Shown: in pieces, positions 36,870-49,425 of the stretch
Layout of the letters: every line of letters begins with the position of its first letter
How positions within the stretch are numbered: the stretch's first letter is position 1
DNA from: Eledone cirrhosa
Lineage: Eukaryota
Direction of reading: 5' to 3'
NCBI GenBank assembly: GCA_964016885.1
Contig: OZ024742.1
Coordinates: 222,580,001 to 222,644,000 of the forward strand
DNA length: 64,000 nt
Notes under the pieces: generated by a model
Database searches by the model: none
Told to the model about the DNA's origin: nothing
Seen by the model: the letters and a program-made list of their open reading frames with translations, nothing else
Program-made: the position numbers and the translations under genes

Positions 36870-37455
36870 TTTATACCATTTACTCAAAATGTATTTCGTT
36901 TCGTGCGGACAGCGGCTAAAGCAGTCAAGGCGTGTATTTAAGCAATGTTTATCTTATGTCAGCTAAGAGGGTATATTCCATTTTTCCAACAAAATTTCAT
37001 CCCATTAATATAGGAGGTATATTTTTCTAATATACTCCATTTGATGGAAAAAGGTATGCCATTATTTTTAAGGCTCCTTACATGGTTTGCGAGCTGGGTG
37101 GCATGTTTTTGTCAGGATGCCTGAAGGTTGAATCATGGTTCAGGTACTAGTTTTTGAACTGGCTCTCGGACATTCCGACATAAGTCCAGTCTTCAGTTTG
37201 GTGGAGGAAACTTCTGCTTGATATATCACCGTCAGAGTGTTGCACTGATGGTCTAGTGGGCATGTCTCTGGCCTTCTGCATAAGTATCCATATGGTGGAG
37301 GGCTTGTGTTTGCTGGTGATGTGGATTTTAATGTTATTGGTACACGAGTAGCCTATTTTCACTGTATGGCAATAAAATATCTGTCGGTATTTATGGCCAA
37401 CAGAGAAGTGGAGGTCTAGAAGGGCTAGGAGTTTTCTATCTACATTAGTCCACAT
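36870..37455 (-). pseudogene. Penelope-like element relic (Neptune-like linker plus GIY-YIG endonuclease)
   Basis: TNVDRKLLALLDLHFSVGHKYRQIFYCHTVKIGYSCTNNIK, YVGMSESQFKN*YLNHDSTFRH, HATQLANHVRSLKNNGIPFSIKWSILEK; stops and frameshifts. Confidence 0.8.
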
Positions 37456-39275
37456 TAAAAAGAAATTTTTTACAGCTCAAAATATGAGATTTATTACAGT
37501 AAACTATTCAGAAGGCTACATACAAGATTTAATTTAACTACTGTTCAGGGAGTATATAACTGCGATCTCAGCACTCTGCAGCCATTGTATGTGTTTTTCA
37601 CGTGCATGCGTTTGTTGACAGCTCTTCAATTTTAGGCCATCAACTGATATTCCTTGTCCCAATGGAAGAGCCCTCTCTGCTCAAAGGAGAGGGGGTGCGA
37701 TAAAAGGAAGATAAGTATGAAGTTGTGGCAACTGACATGTGATTTGACAGGGGGATGAGGTGGCTTTTGATAGCATAGATGGAAGGGTAGGTGGTTGGTC
37801 AGTGATAGTGGATGTGTGGGGGGGACTGGATGGTTTGGTCAATAGCATGAGGTGGGAGTGGTATTCACCCATGCCAGGAAGGGGAGTATAGTGATGGAGA
37901 GAATAACTATGAAGTGATAGTGGGAGAGGTATGGCTGATGTGCATAGAGGTGAAGAGAGTAGCTACTATGGTGTGATAATGAGGGTATATGGACATATAT
38001 ACAATATGTTTATATACATATATATCATCATCATTTAACAGCCACTTTCCACGCTAGCATGGGTTAGACAGGTTGTCCCATTTGAGGCAAGTTAGGTCAG
38101 GTGATTGTGTCTTGCTTATATAGAACTGTTTCTGGCTAGATTTTTACAGCTGGATGCCTTTCCTAACACCAACCGCATTTACAGTGTGTGCTGGGTGCTT
38201 TTTGTATATATGGATATATATGCAATATAATATATGATAAATATATTATATATAGACATATATACAATATGTTTATATAAAATAAACATACATTGAGCCT
38301 TGCTTTAAGTATTTTAAGGTGTGATATAATCACAACACAAGGCAGCGAACATCAGATAAAATGCTTTGCGCTGTTCATTCCAACTCACTGCACTCTGAAT
38401 TCAACTTTGCTTTTCATCCTTCCAAAGAAACAGTACCAAAAATAGTACCAGTCCTGTACTGGGCAATTCTTCCTCTATATCTCTTTCTCACCAACTGTCT
38501 CTCACTCTTTTTCCTCCCTTGTAATAAATCAGCTGTATTTTGTCTTTATTATAAAATATTCAAACTCACCTACAATGCACTGTATTTTAAATATCTTTAA
38601 TAACTGCCACTCAAAAAGCAATTTAATTATACAATAATTAAACACACGATACTATTTTTTAGAATTTTAATATAATTCTATTAAAAATCAAAGACAAGAA
38701 TTATCTTTAAATATTTTTGGAATTGTTAAATATTTATTATTACACATTTTTTGGAAATGTAATTCTTTATTTTACTGCTTTTTTTTACCTGGCCCAAAGA
38801 AATATAGCTATCTTTTAAATGTTCATGGAATATCACTCATTAACACTATCATTATCATTTTACATCCACTTTCCACACTGATATGGGTTGGACATGTTGA
38901 CACTGTCTGAGACTAGACAGGTTGGAGACTTTATTTCACTCATACATTCCATATTTGGCATGATTTCTAAAGCTAGATGCACTTCCTAACACCAACAACC
39001 CTACAGGGTGTAATGTGTATGATTTAATGTGGCACCAACACTATAGAGATTGACACATGATCATCCAGACTGAAGTGTCTTCTAAAACTCTATATTGTCT
39101 TGACTCAATCACCAAACACTGTGGCTCCATGTCTCTCACAATGTTTACTTTCAATGTCACAGTGCTTGTAATGGTGAATGGGTCTTTTGTATTATGACAT
39201 AATGCCAGTCTGTTTGGTCCTGTGTTATCTTCTTCGTGAGGTTCAGCTTTTTTAGGTCATTTGTTAAGCCAGATG

Positions 39276-39748
39276 ATAATAATGAAATTATTGTGTACAG
39301 TGCACAGGTGCACTACAACTCATCAAAGGTGCATGTATAGTACATAGTATAAGGTACAAATGTCAGGAAAATGAACAGTGTATGAGTCATCAAATACATG
39401 TGTGCGTGTGTATGGAGGAGGCACATCAGGTGGTGTTGGCAAATCTCAGGAAGCATGGAGGTTTTAAAGGATGCAGTGTCTCGACAGCTAATAACTGATG
39501 CAGGTAGTTTGTTCTATGCTTCAGCAACTCTGTGAAAAAATGTTTCCGAAAGTCATGGGAGCTGTGCTGTTTTCTGACTTTGTAGGCATGCCCACATGTG
39601 TTAGACACATGGAAATCAAAAAGGTGCTCAGGGTTGTTGTTGGCAAGATGGTTAATCATTTTGTGGGTGTTTACCAAGTCAGTTGCCAGACATCGGAGCT
39701 TAAATGTATCCATGCCCAGGGAAGCAAAGCGTTCAGAGTATCATAGAT
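39276..39748 (-). mobile_element. CR1 3' fragment, same family as 57270-60134
   Basis: MDTFKLRCLATDLVNTHKMINHLANNNPEHLFD...HDFRKHFFT; 3' UTR and (ATT)n tail match 59950-60134. Confidence 0.9.
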
Positions 39749-41585
39749 GCCTTGCAGTGTTTATTCTGACTCTTTGCACTGAGTTAAAATCTGGAGTCAG
39801 TATGATCAACTAAATCAAGGTGCCCCTGAATGGCTACAATCTAATGACTGAAACCAGTAAAAGATTAAAATATTAAAGGATATATATATAATACAGTGAA
39901 ATCCTAAGGGAGGGCCCTCTCCATCAGCTAACTTACAGGGTTGCCAGATAGTGATGACAACTATCAGATGACTCTGTGAGTTAGTAAAAACACAAAAGGA
40001 CCCTTTGTTGGCATTTTACATTTCTATATCTACTCTGCACTTGAATATATATTGAGTCCTAACTTGATGAGTAGTTTTCCCAGTCCCTATATCATGGATA
40101 CATCATAGGAAAATGGATGTAAAATGCTAATGAAGATGATGATAATGATACATATTTTAAGCCTATTTTAATGACTAGACAATTGAAAATATATGTTTGG
40201 GCTGAAGGAATCTTGACAACATTTATAAAATTTATTATATTACGAAAAACTGTTTCTTCCCACACCACACCACCACTGATTTTTTCATTCTTTTTTTAAA
40301 TCAAATAATTGAAACAAATCTGAATAGCAAATACTTTAAGCCCACACATCACTAAATAAGACTTGCTCATTTCGGACAATATGCTTTGCAGCATATAGTC
40401 ACAGCCCTTTACATTCTGAGTTCAAATCCCACCGAGGTTAGCTTTGCCTTTCATCCTTACAGTGTCAATAAAATAAATTGATTTTCTCCTTCCCTTCAAA
40501 TTGCTGGCCTTGTACCATTCTGAGTTCAAATCCAGCTGAGGTCAACTTTGCCTTTCACCTTTCCAGGGTCAATAAAATAAAGTACCAGTTAAATACTGAG
40601 TTTGATATAATTGACTTTGCCCTCCTCCCAAATTGCTGGCCTTGTGCCAATGTTAGAAAGAATTATTATTATAATAACAGAGCAGTGATTGGCAGAATTG
40701 TTAGAGCATCAGACAAAATGCCACATAGAAATTGTTTCAGTTTTTTTTATGTTCTGAATTCAAATCCTGATAAGGTCAACTTTGCTTTTCATCTTTCTGG
40801 AGTCCTTAAAATAAAATACTAATCAAATACTGGGGTCAATCTAATTGACTCTGCCCTTCTCCCAAAAATTGCTGGCCTTTTACCTAAATTAGAAACTATT
40901 ATTTTTTTTATTATTATTATGCACTTATTAATCTTTTTTTAATGTGTTTTTACTTTCTATTCCACATATGTCACATTTTGTTAAACTAAATTTCATGTTT
41001 GCTTCAAAATTGTATGTCAATGGATTTAAAAATTTGTGTTAAAGTCTTTTTTATTTGAATTTTGTTTAACTAGGATTTTGTTCAACACGCTGACGCATAT
41101 GTGATTATGTGTGTGCATGTATGTATGCATATGTACATATGTGTGTATGTACATATGCATATATTTATATGTATGAGTATATAAATATAAACACGCAAAC
41201 ACAAACACACTTACAAAAAATACACACTCACAGACATACATTCATGCAAATACACATACATTCACACAAACACACACAAGCATTGTGTGACGGATGGATA
41301 GAAGGCGCTCAAATTTATATAGAGATTTTTTTTCAAAAATATGTGAATTCATAATAAAAGTACAATACTGAAACTTTAAAGAATGTGTGTGTGTGTACAT
41401 ATGTCTATTTTTACTTAATTATCTTGAAGGGATTTGGGATAATTTTAAATTTCATAAACACTCTTTTGCAGCAGTCTTCTTAAGATCCCTTTGTAAATAA
41501 AATAACTCTGTTAGCTTGAAAGGGTTGATTAACAACCAAAGCCAATGTCATTTTCATGCACAACATTCTGTCTGTGAATAAAATT

Positions 41586-41616
<31 letters not shown>

Positions 41617-43770
41617 TAAAAGATTGTTTTTCTTTTCTTTTCTTACCTCTTTTGATATAAAAACACCTGAAGCCGTTCTTGTAGTAAAAAACTGCTTAGC
41701 ATCATCATTTTAATGCTTATCAATTTACAGAGTGCATTGGGTACATTTTACCTCAACACCAACATTAGTACTTTACAAAATGTGGTGGGTGAATTTTATC
41801 ATGGCACTAGCACTGTCTATCATAATTTTATGTAAGAATCTTTGTTCCAACTTAATAATGAAAAAGTTATATCACTATGTAAATCCAAATTCTTGATTAT
41901 TTTCAAAATAATTTTAAAATCACAAGCAGAGTTTTACATTAGAAATATGGTTAATGAAATAGTTTAATTATCTAAAGATTGATTTAACATCATCTTCATC
42001 AGCATCATCAACATCACTACTACCACCAACATCACCATCGTCATCATCAGCATCATAGACATCATGTATCTGGACAGATTTTACGGACAAAACCAACCGG
42101 CAAGAGACCCAGAGGAAGACCCCAAACAAGATGGTTGGATAATATCCATAAGCTTGGCTAGTCACGCTTAGGGATCCAGCCGGATCAGTTGGAGACAGTT
42201 GCTTCTGACAGGACCCTTTATTGTTATTTATACTTAACTACTGGTGTGTACATGATGAATTAACAGTCACTGGATCTTCATCATCGTTTTTATGTCCACT
42301 TTTCCATGCTGGCATAGGTTGATACAGTGTTTACAGCTGGACGCCCTTCCTGGTGCCAACCAGGAATTGCCGCCTCTATGTATGTATTCAAAAACCTGCC
42401 TCAGTCAACTTTGCCTTTGAAGTTGATAAATAAAAGTACTAGTCCAGTACTGTAGTTTGTTTTCCCTTGCACTCTGTCTGAACGAAATTGGTTGTGTTCA
42501 GGTTTAAATGCCCAATACATGTATGTCATGACAGCACCCCTAAGACTCTATCAGGAGTTCATGAATGAATGAATGAATGGATGGATGGTGTACATGGTGA
42601 AGTTCCAATTCCTTGTATGCTGGCTGGTAAGCCATTGAAGGATTTGAATTCAGAACAAATACTGAAAGGTATCTTGTCCAACAGTCTAAAGATTCGGCCA
42701 ATCCGTCATCTGAGACTGGTACTTTACTTATCAACCTCTGAAAGAATGAAAATACAAAGAACACCTTGACAAGATTTGAACTCAGAAGGCAAAGAGCCAG
42801 AATAAATACTCCCAAGCATTTCATCCAATGCTCTACTTGTTCCACTAATTCACCACCTCTAATTGGTTACAGCATAGTTAAGGCTTCTTAAAGCCAGTGA
42901 CTAAAGAATATGTGGTTAACAGATATGCAAGGACCAAGATCAGACCCATGTTGATTCCAAGATAAAATGTACCTACTACATATTCTGTAAAGTGGTTGAT
43001 GGACGAGCAGAGACAACAAAGGATACAGAAGACTCTTTATTTCTGACAAGGGCATAACAACCTCTCTTGCTGGTGGCACCATGAAATACACACAATTAAC
43101 TCTGTAAAGTGGTTGGTAGATGAGTAAAAACAGCATAGGATTGGGTGGACCCTTTATTCCAGTATAGCAACTTCTCTAGTGTATGTGCCATGGTAAAATG
43201 TACCCAGTGAATAACAAACAAGTGGAGATAACATATGATTGAGAGGACCCTTCAGTGTTTCCATGGCCATGACAACTTTTCTAGTCCTGGTGCCACAATA
43301 AAATGCACCCAGTTCAATTTGTACAGTGGTTGATGGACAAGTGGTAATAACATAGGGCTGGGCAGGCCCCTGTTTTTCCAGGAACATAACAACCTCACTA
43401 GAGCTGTAAACAACATTGCAATAAAAACAAACTTTATTTTTCCTACTGAAAAACATTCTGTATAATTAATAAAATTGTCATTGTACATATGGGTACACTA
43501 GTAAAACAATAAAAAAAATATTTTAATGAAAGAATGATACTCCACTAACAATATATATATATACTAATATTTATTTACTCAAACTCAACATTAACTGTAC
43601 ATAATAATGCATATGCTAATAATAGTATTTATACTTATATATGAACTATATATAATTATAAATATGAAAGGGTAGTATGTTGTACTACCCGATAAGGGTA
43701 GTATGTTGTACTACCCGATTACCAGTAAGAAAAATGGCTCAATGTAAATTATCAGATGTATTACAGAGCA

Positions 43771-44064
43771 GAAATACAAAATATAAAACAATCAAATTTG
43801 TGTTTAATGTTTCTTCCAGACAATTGTCTGGAATCATTAGAGCATACACAATGTTTAAACAAGTAATTACATTCCTAGTCCTTAGAACATTCATTAAGAT
43901 ACATTATTATTGACAGTGTCAGTGACATCTTATTGACTAGGAATGTAATTACTTGTTTAACCATTGTGTAGGCTCCGATGATTCCAGACAGTTGTCTGGA
44001 AGAAACGATTGTCAACAATTAAATGCATTAAACAAAAATTTGATTGTTTTATATTTTGTATTTT
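43771..44064. repeat. Inverted repeat (arms ~43771-43880 and ~43935-44064) carrying hammerhead-like motifs
   Basis: + arm 43975-44013: CCGAUGA UUCCAGACA gu UGUCUGGAA GAAAC gauu GUC; - arm 43809-43840: CUAAUGA UUCCAGACA au UGUCUGGAA GAAAC. Confidence 0.75.
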
Positions 44065-44462
44065 GTTTCATAATAATACATATACAATATATGTATATAC
44101 CATACATGTATATACATAGTATGTATATATCATATGTATATATACAGAATATGTATATAAAGAGTATGTGTATAAAAACATCTCTTTGGCATTAAACAAG
44201 GCTTACATTGGAGAAATTATAATAGAAAATAATCAATATTTAGTGTTGTATGGAGAAAGCTAGTAAATACAAGTTAGAAATAGTCTCCACTCATTTTCAC
44301 CATCACATTATGAATATATATGTGAGTATGTATGCATGTATTTATGAGTGTATGTATATATATTTTTGCATTTAGTATGAGTGAGGTTGACAGTTATTCA
44401 GAAAATAATTTAATTGAATAAATAAACCGTGAAAATAAAGTTTTTAAATAACTAAAATTTAC

Positions 44463-44578
44463 CTAAAAATGTCTGAATTGTTCCTTGCTTCTTTATCATA
44501 CTTTGAGAATTTGGCTGAATATTTCGTTTCTGCCTGAAAGAATTTTCCATCCCTCTTTGAGAACAAATAATGAATTTG
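44463..44578 (-). CDS. Exon of the BRME1-like gene ((N)KFIICSQRGMENSFRQKRNIQPNSQSMIKKQGTIQTFL)
   Basis: Acceptor TCTCTTTACATTTTCAG; phase 2, matching the previous exon; open for 116 nt; ends at G|GTAAAT, or reads through to TAG at 44452-44454. Confidence 0.6.
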
Positions 44579-44909
44579 CTGAAAATGTAAAGAGATTGAA
44601 ATAAATCGTTATTACAATTTTATTAAACTCGACCCCAATTAAGTTTCTAGTATTCAGCATATATTGAACAGATATTTGTAGATATTTGGGTAGGAAAGGT
44701 TATTTAGACACTCTGCACATTATGTTGGGAGTATAAATTTATTCTATCCATCCATGGATCCTTAACTCTTGACAGAGTCATAGAGACACCATTGTGATAT
44801 ATGGAATGTCTTCTCTTCTGTCTTTCACCCATGTATACCTGGGAGTGTTGTAGAAGCAGAATTCTCAGACATGCCTTCCAAAGGGTCCTCTCTACTCTAT
44901 ATCAATTTT

Positions 44910-45150
44910 AATTCAGAGTATCTGTTCTTCTAGACCAGTTGCCTCCTCAATGGTTTCTGGCATCCTCATCTACCCTGTGCAGCCTTATTTATTTAGTGAT
45001 GGCTTTCATGTGGCTCAGTGTCCTTGGACTGCTCTCCTAGACAGGTTGCCTTCTCTATGGCTTACAAAGTCCTCATCTTCCCCATGCAGTCCTATTTATT
45101 CAGAGTGACTGATCTCCTAGATGGGTGGCTTTTCCTGTGATTCACAGAGT
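44910..45150. repeat. Degenerate tandem repeat, ~3 units
   Basis: Recurring CTAGAC(C/A)(A/G)GTTGCCT...TCCTCATCT.CCC...GCAG.C.TATTTATT. Confidence 0.55.
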
Positions 45151-45596
45151 CCTTTTAATACTTTACTCTGCAATATCACACACTATCATATGACGATCAC
45201 ATCAAAATATCAATCAATATTTGAAATTGATTTTCTGATAATAGTTGGTTGGTTATTTTCTTCTTCTGTTGACTACAGACTTAATTTTAAATCAGCATTT
45301 AATTGCTAGACTAAAGAGGAGCTTAACATATAATCACACCCACTATTCCCACCATCCTTATAGTGGATCACATTTCTGTGAAACAGGAGTGACCACCAAC
45401 CTCCTTCTGTCTCCATTCTTTGATCATGCTTGGCTTGGAATAAAGTGACCTCTCTAGCGTTAGCACAACTATAAAAAAAAAATACTAGTACAGTCTGTAA
45501 AGAGATTAGCATTATGAAATACAACCAGCGAGAGAAACCATGCCAAATAAAAGTAGAGAGGTCCCTTTAGTCATGTCAATGACAAGAAAACCTCTC

Positions 45597-46340
45597 TGAA
45601 GTTGTCTGTGTGTGTGTGTCCGTGTCCTAATTTTGGTAAAGTCTATACAAATCCACATATCTACTCCGATTGACTTCAAACTTGCATTTATATATTCCTT
45701 GTATTCTAAAGATATTAACTGCAGCTTTTATTTTTCAATGTTCTGTTGTTAAAGGCGTTTTTTTCACTAAAACTTTAAGCCCTTTTTGTCAGTTCGGCAA
45801 TTTTGTCTACGATGTTCAAGAGAGACAACTCTTTAGTATTTTGAAAATTACCTCTCTTTATAGACTATGTTATCCCTACTTAAACGTACATCCCTTGAAA
45901 TTGATGATGGTGACCCCAATAGTAACTCCGAAGCGTTCGGCATCCGATATAACAGTTCAGTCTATATCAGATTGGGTAGATTTTTGTAACCTTAAAAGTA
46001 TCCAACTAAATTCCTTCATGCTCTCCACCACTGCAGTCCCACATGCTTACTGCTCTGTAACTATTGCTTTCATTGTACCATAGCACAACAAATACATGTT
46101 CAGTTTGTCGAATGCCTTTTTACTTAATTGTCTTGGCTTTCGTGGGTTGAACATTTACTCTCAGGCACCCAATTAAGTTAAACCCCTGGTAATCTACGAC
46201 AAATTTATTTTATAAGCACAAAATGTAGACACCATCCCCAGGCCGAGGTATTCCGTATTTCTCTGTACTATTTCAGAAAGGAGGGATAAACATGCCAATC
46301 TATGTTTAGAAGCCCGAGCAACGCCGGGCCATTCTGCTAG
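45597..46340 (+). mobile_element. Non-autonomous Helitron
   Basis: 3' hairpin GCCCGAGCAACGCCGGGC (46312-46329) then CTAG|T (46337-46341); 5' part TGAAGTTGTCTG(TG)nTCCGTGTCC; exact 5' end unclear. Confidence 0.75.
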
Positions 46341-46668
46341 TATTCTCTAAAGTCATTGGTGATAAGAAGGGTATCAAACCATAAAAACCATGTCAAAATG
46401 GAACCTATCTGGATGAGACATGGTCGTTCGACTAGCTAGGAGGACAGTAACTACAATTCAGTACTGTCTTGGTCTGTAGTAACCTATCCAACTCATACCA
46501 GCATACAAAAACACACATTAAATGATGATGATGACAATGATGTTGGTGATGACAATGATGGAGATGATGATGATGGTAGTGTTGGTGATGATGATCGGAG
46601 CAGTGGTGGTTGTGATGATAACAGTGATAACAATATTTCTCTTTTTATTCTTTTTATCTTTTATACTG

Positions 46669-47010
46669 GGCACATGGCTTAGTGTTTAGAGCATTGGGCT
46701 TGCAATCGAAAGGTTGTGAGTTCAATTCTCAGACCGGGTGATGTGTTGTTTCCTTGAGCAAGACACTTTATTTCACATTGCTCCAGTTTACTCAGCTGTA
46801 GAAATGAGATGATAGGGACTGGGGTCCCTATCATTCCACTGCAAAGTGGTCGTGGAGGTGCCATGGCAAAAAAGCACCCAGCACTCACTGTAAATGAGGT
46901 TGGTGTTAGGAAGGGCATCCAGCTGTAGAAATCAAGCCAGAATCAGTTCCCGTCCCACCCTTGCAAGCAGGGAAAAGCGGACGTAAAATGAAATGATGAT
47001 GATGATGATG
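46669..47010 (+). mobile_element. Near full-length CORE-like tRNA SINE (family 2) with RTE-type tail
   Basis: tRNA head GGCACATGGCTTAGTGTTTAGAGC...GAGTTCAATTC, CORE-like CCTTGAGCAAGACACTT, GGTTGGTGTTAGGAAGGGCATCC module, terminus CCCGTCCCACCCTTGCAAGC...GGACGTAAAA(TGA)n. Confidence 0.85.
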
Positions 47011-48344
47011 ACTGCTATTTTTTCCTCAAGATGATCTGAACATGTTTGAAACCATTAATATCAAAATATTAAAAATTAAAAAAAAATCAAAATATAATTA
47101 CAATAAAACTGCATTTTAATGATGAAAATTACAAATCTTAGAATAATCAATCTCCATTCCATTTGATTACAGATTGTAGTTTTCAATAAATTTTATCAAC
47201 TATCTTGAATTGTGGCATTTTAACCCTTTTAATACCAAACCAGCTGAAACTGCCTCTGGTCGCATGATGGAAAACTTTATTTTAAAATGTTTATTATCAT
47301 CACCATCATCACCATTTAACATCCATTTTGCCTGCTCTCAAGGGTTGGACAGTTTGTTACAGATCAAGTTAGTGCTTAATCAAAGCTACTGACTTTTCAG
47401 ACAGGCTTCAAGCCATATAAACCATGTCAAAAAGGATTAAGAGGACTGTTCACTTATGATATGGCAACCTCTCTAGTGATGGTGCATCAAAAAATATTCC
47501 TGATATACCCTGTAAGTTTGTCAGTGATAGGAAAGACATCCAGTTCTAGAAACCATGCCAAGAAAGGGTTGTGAAGACTCTTCAGTTGTGTTGGGGGCAC
47601 AGCAACCTCTCTCTAAAGTAGTTGGCAATAGGAAGGGCATCCAGCTATAGATAACCTGCCAAACAAAGGGTCAGGATGATTAAGCTATGTTGTAAACATG
47701 ACAATCTCTCTAGTGCTGATTCCTTGATAAAATGCATCCTATACAATCTGTAAAGTATTGAGACATATGTAAGAGAGATGTAGATCCCAAGCCCATCTAA
47801 GAGGTTAGTAACTCTGATTAAGTATTAACCAGGGTTGTGATAACCCATCCAACCTTTGCCAGTATGGCAAAGCAGACGTTAAATGATAATGATGGTGATG
47901 GTGGTGGTGGTGATGGTTGAGACAGTAGTGGTGGTGGTGGTGATGATAGAATATTAGTAGCTTCAGTAATGATGTCCAACATGAAATACTGTATAATGTA
48001 ATATAAAGTAGATGGCTTGGCACAACATAAAATATAAACATGTACAAATGAGGATAACATTTCTCAAATCAATATTGATGGTGATGTGTCTTGCTTTGCT
48101 GGGTATGTAATGTTAGTGTATCTGAATATGAAAGCACAGATGAGTTGAAAGAAAAACTGGGTATAAGAAGAATCAGATGTAGTGTACTAGAGAGGTCTAT
48201 ATGAACAACAAAGCATTGGTGATATTTTTTTTAATGGACATAAGATGAATTAGATGTAGTATAAGTGTTTAAAAGCCTTTTTCCCTGCTAAAGCAAGGGT
48301 TAGGCTTGCAAGCCCTGTGACAGGTTTTATTACTCATTGTGTGA

Positions 48345-48841
48345 GTAACAAAATACACCCCCATCCCACTACCCCCACCCCATCCACACCACCCCCTTAA
48401 ATGTGAAGTTATGTTGGTACCACAACATCCAGTCCGAAACAAATGAGGTCGTGTAAGTGTCACGACAAAAAAACACAGTCCACGCTGTAATGTGGCTGTG
48501 TAGGTAACACGGTAAAAACCTCCCAGTCCACACTGTAAACGTGGTTGGTGTTGGGAAGGGCACCCAGCCGTAGAAAACCCGCCAGACGTGTAGGTGTCAC
48601 GACAAAAAAACGCACAGTCCACGCTGTAATGTGGCCGTGTAGGTAACACGGTAAAAACCTCCTAGTCCACACTGTAAACGTGGTTGGTGTTAGGAAGGGC
48701 ATCCAGCCGTAGAAAACCCGCCAGACAGTACTATACGAGCAGGACAACCAATCTTGCCTCAAGTGGGAAAACTCCCGTCCAAACCCATGCAAGCGTGGAA
48801 GATAGACGTTAAACGATGATGATGATGATGATGATGATGAT
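48345..48841 (+). mobile_element. Solo RTE 3' UTR with internal ~137-bp duplication, tail-to-tail with copy 2
   Basis: Matches the copy-1 3' UTR; units at ~48450-48586 and ~48587-48725; (GAT)n tail. Confidence 0.88.
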
Positions 48842-49425
48842 GTGTGGCCCTTTTTTGAGGCAATGTTTTACAACCCATTTAATTACTTCTTACAACAACT
48901 AAGAATATGGAGTACATATTCTAAACTATATACAGAAATCAGGTGCAGTGTGCAAGGAGACAATGCTGGTATGGACACGTAATGTATATGGATGATATAT
49001 GCATGGGCATGTTTGTCTTCCTTTGCATTGTATCATCATCATCATCATCATCAACGTTTAACGTCCGTGTTCCACGCTTGCATGGGTTTGGACGGGGGTA
49101 GTCCCACTTGAGGCAAGAGTGATTGTCTTGCTCGCATAGGACTGTCTGGCAGGTTTTCTACAGTTGGATGCCCTTCCTAACACCAACCACATTTACAGTG
49201 TGGGTCTGGGAGGTTTTTACCGTGTTGCCTACACGGCCACATTACAGCGTGGACTGTGTGTTTTTTTTGTCGTGACACCTACACGATCTCATTTGTTTCG
49301 GCCTGGATGGCGCGGCACCAACATAACTTTACATAGAACGGGGTGGTGTGGATGGGGTGGGGGTGGTGGGACGGGGTGTATTTTGTTAGAGATGCCTACT
49401 GGCTGGAGTAGGTTTTACTATATAT

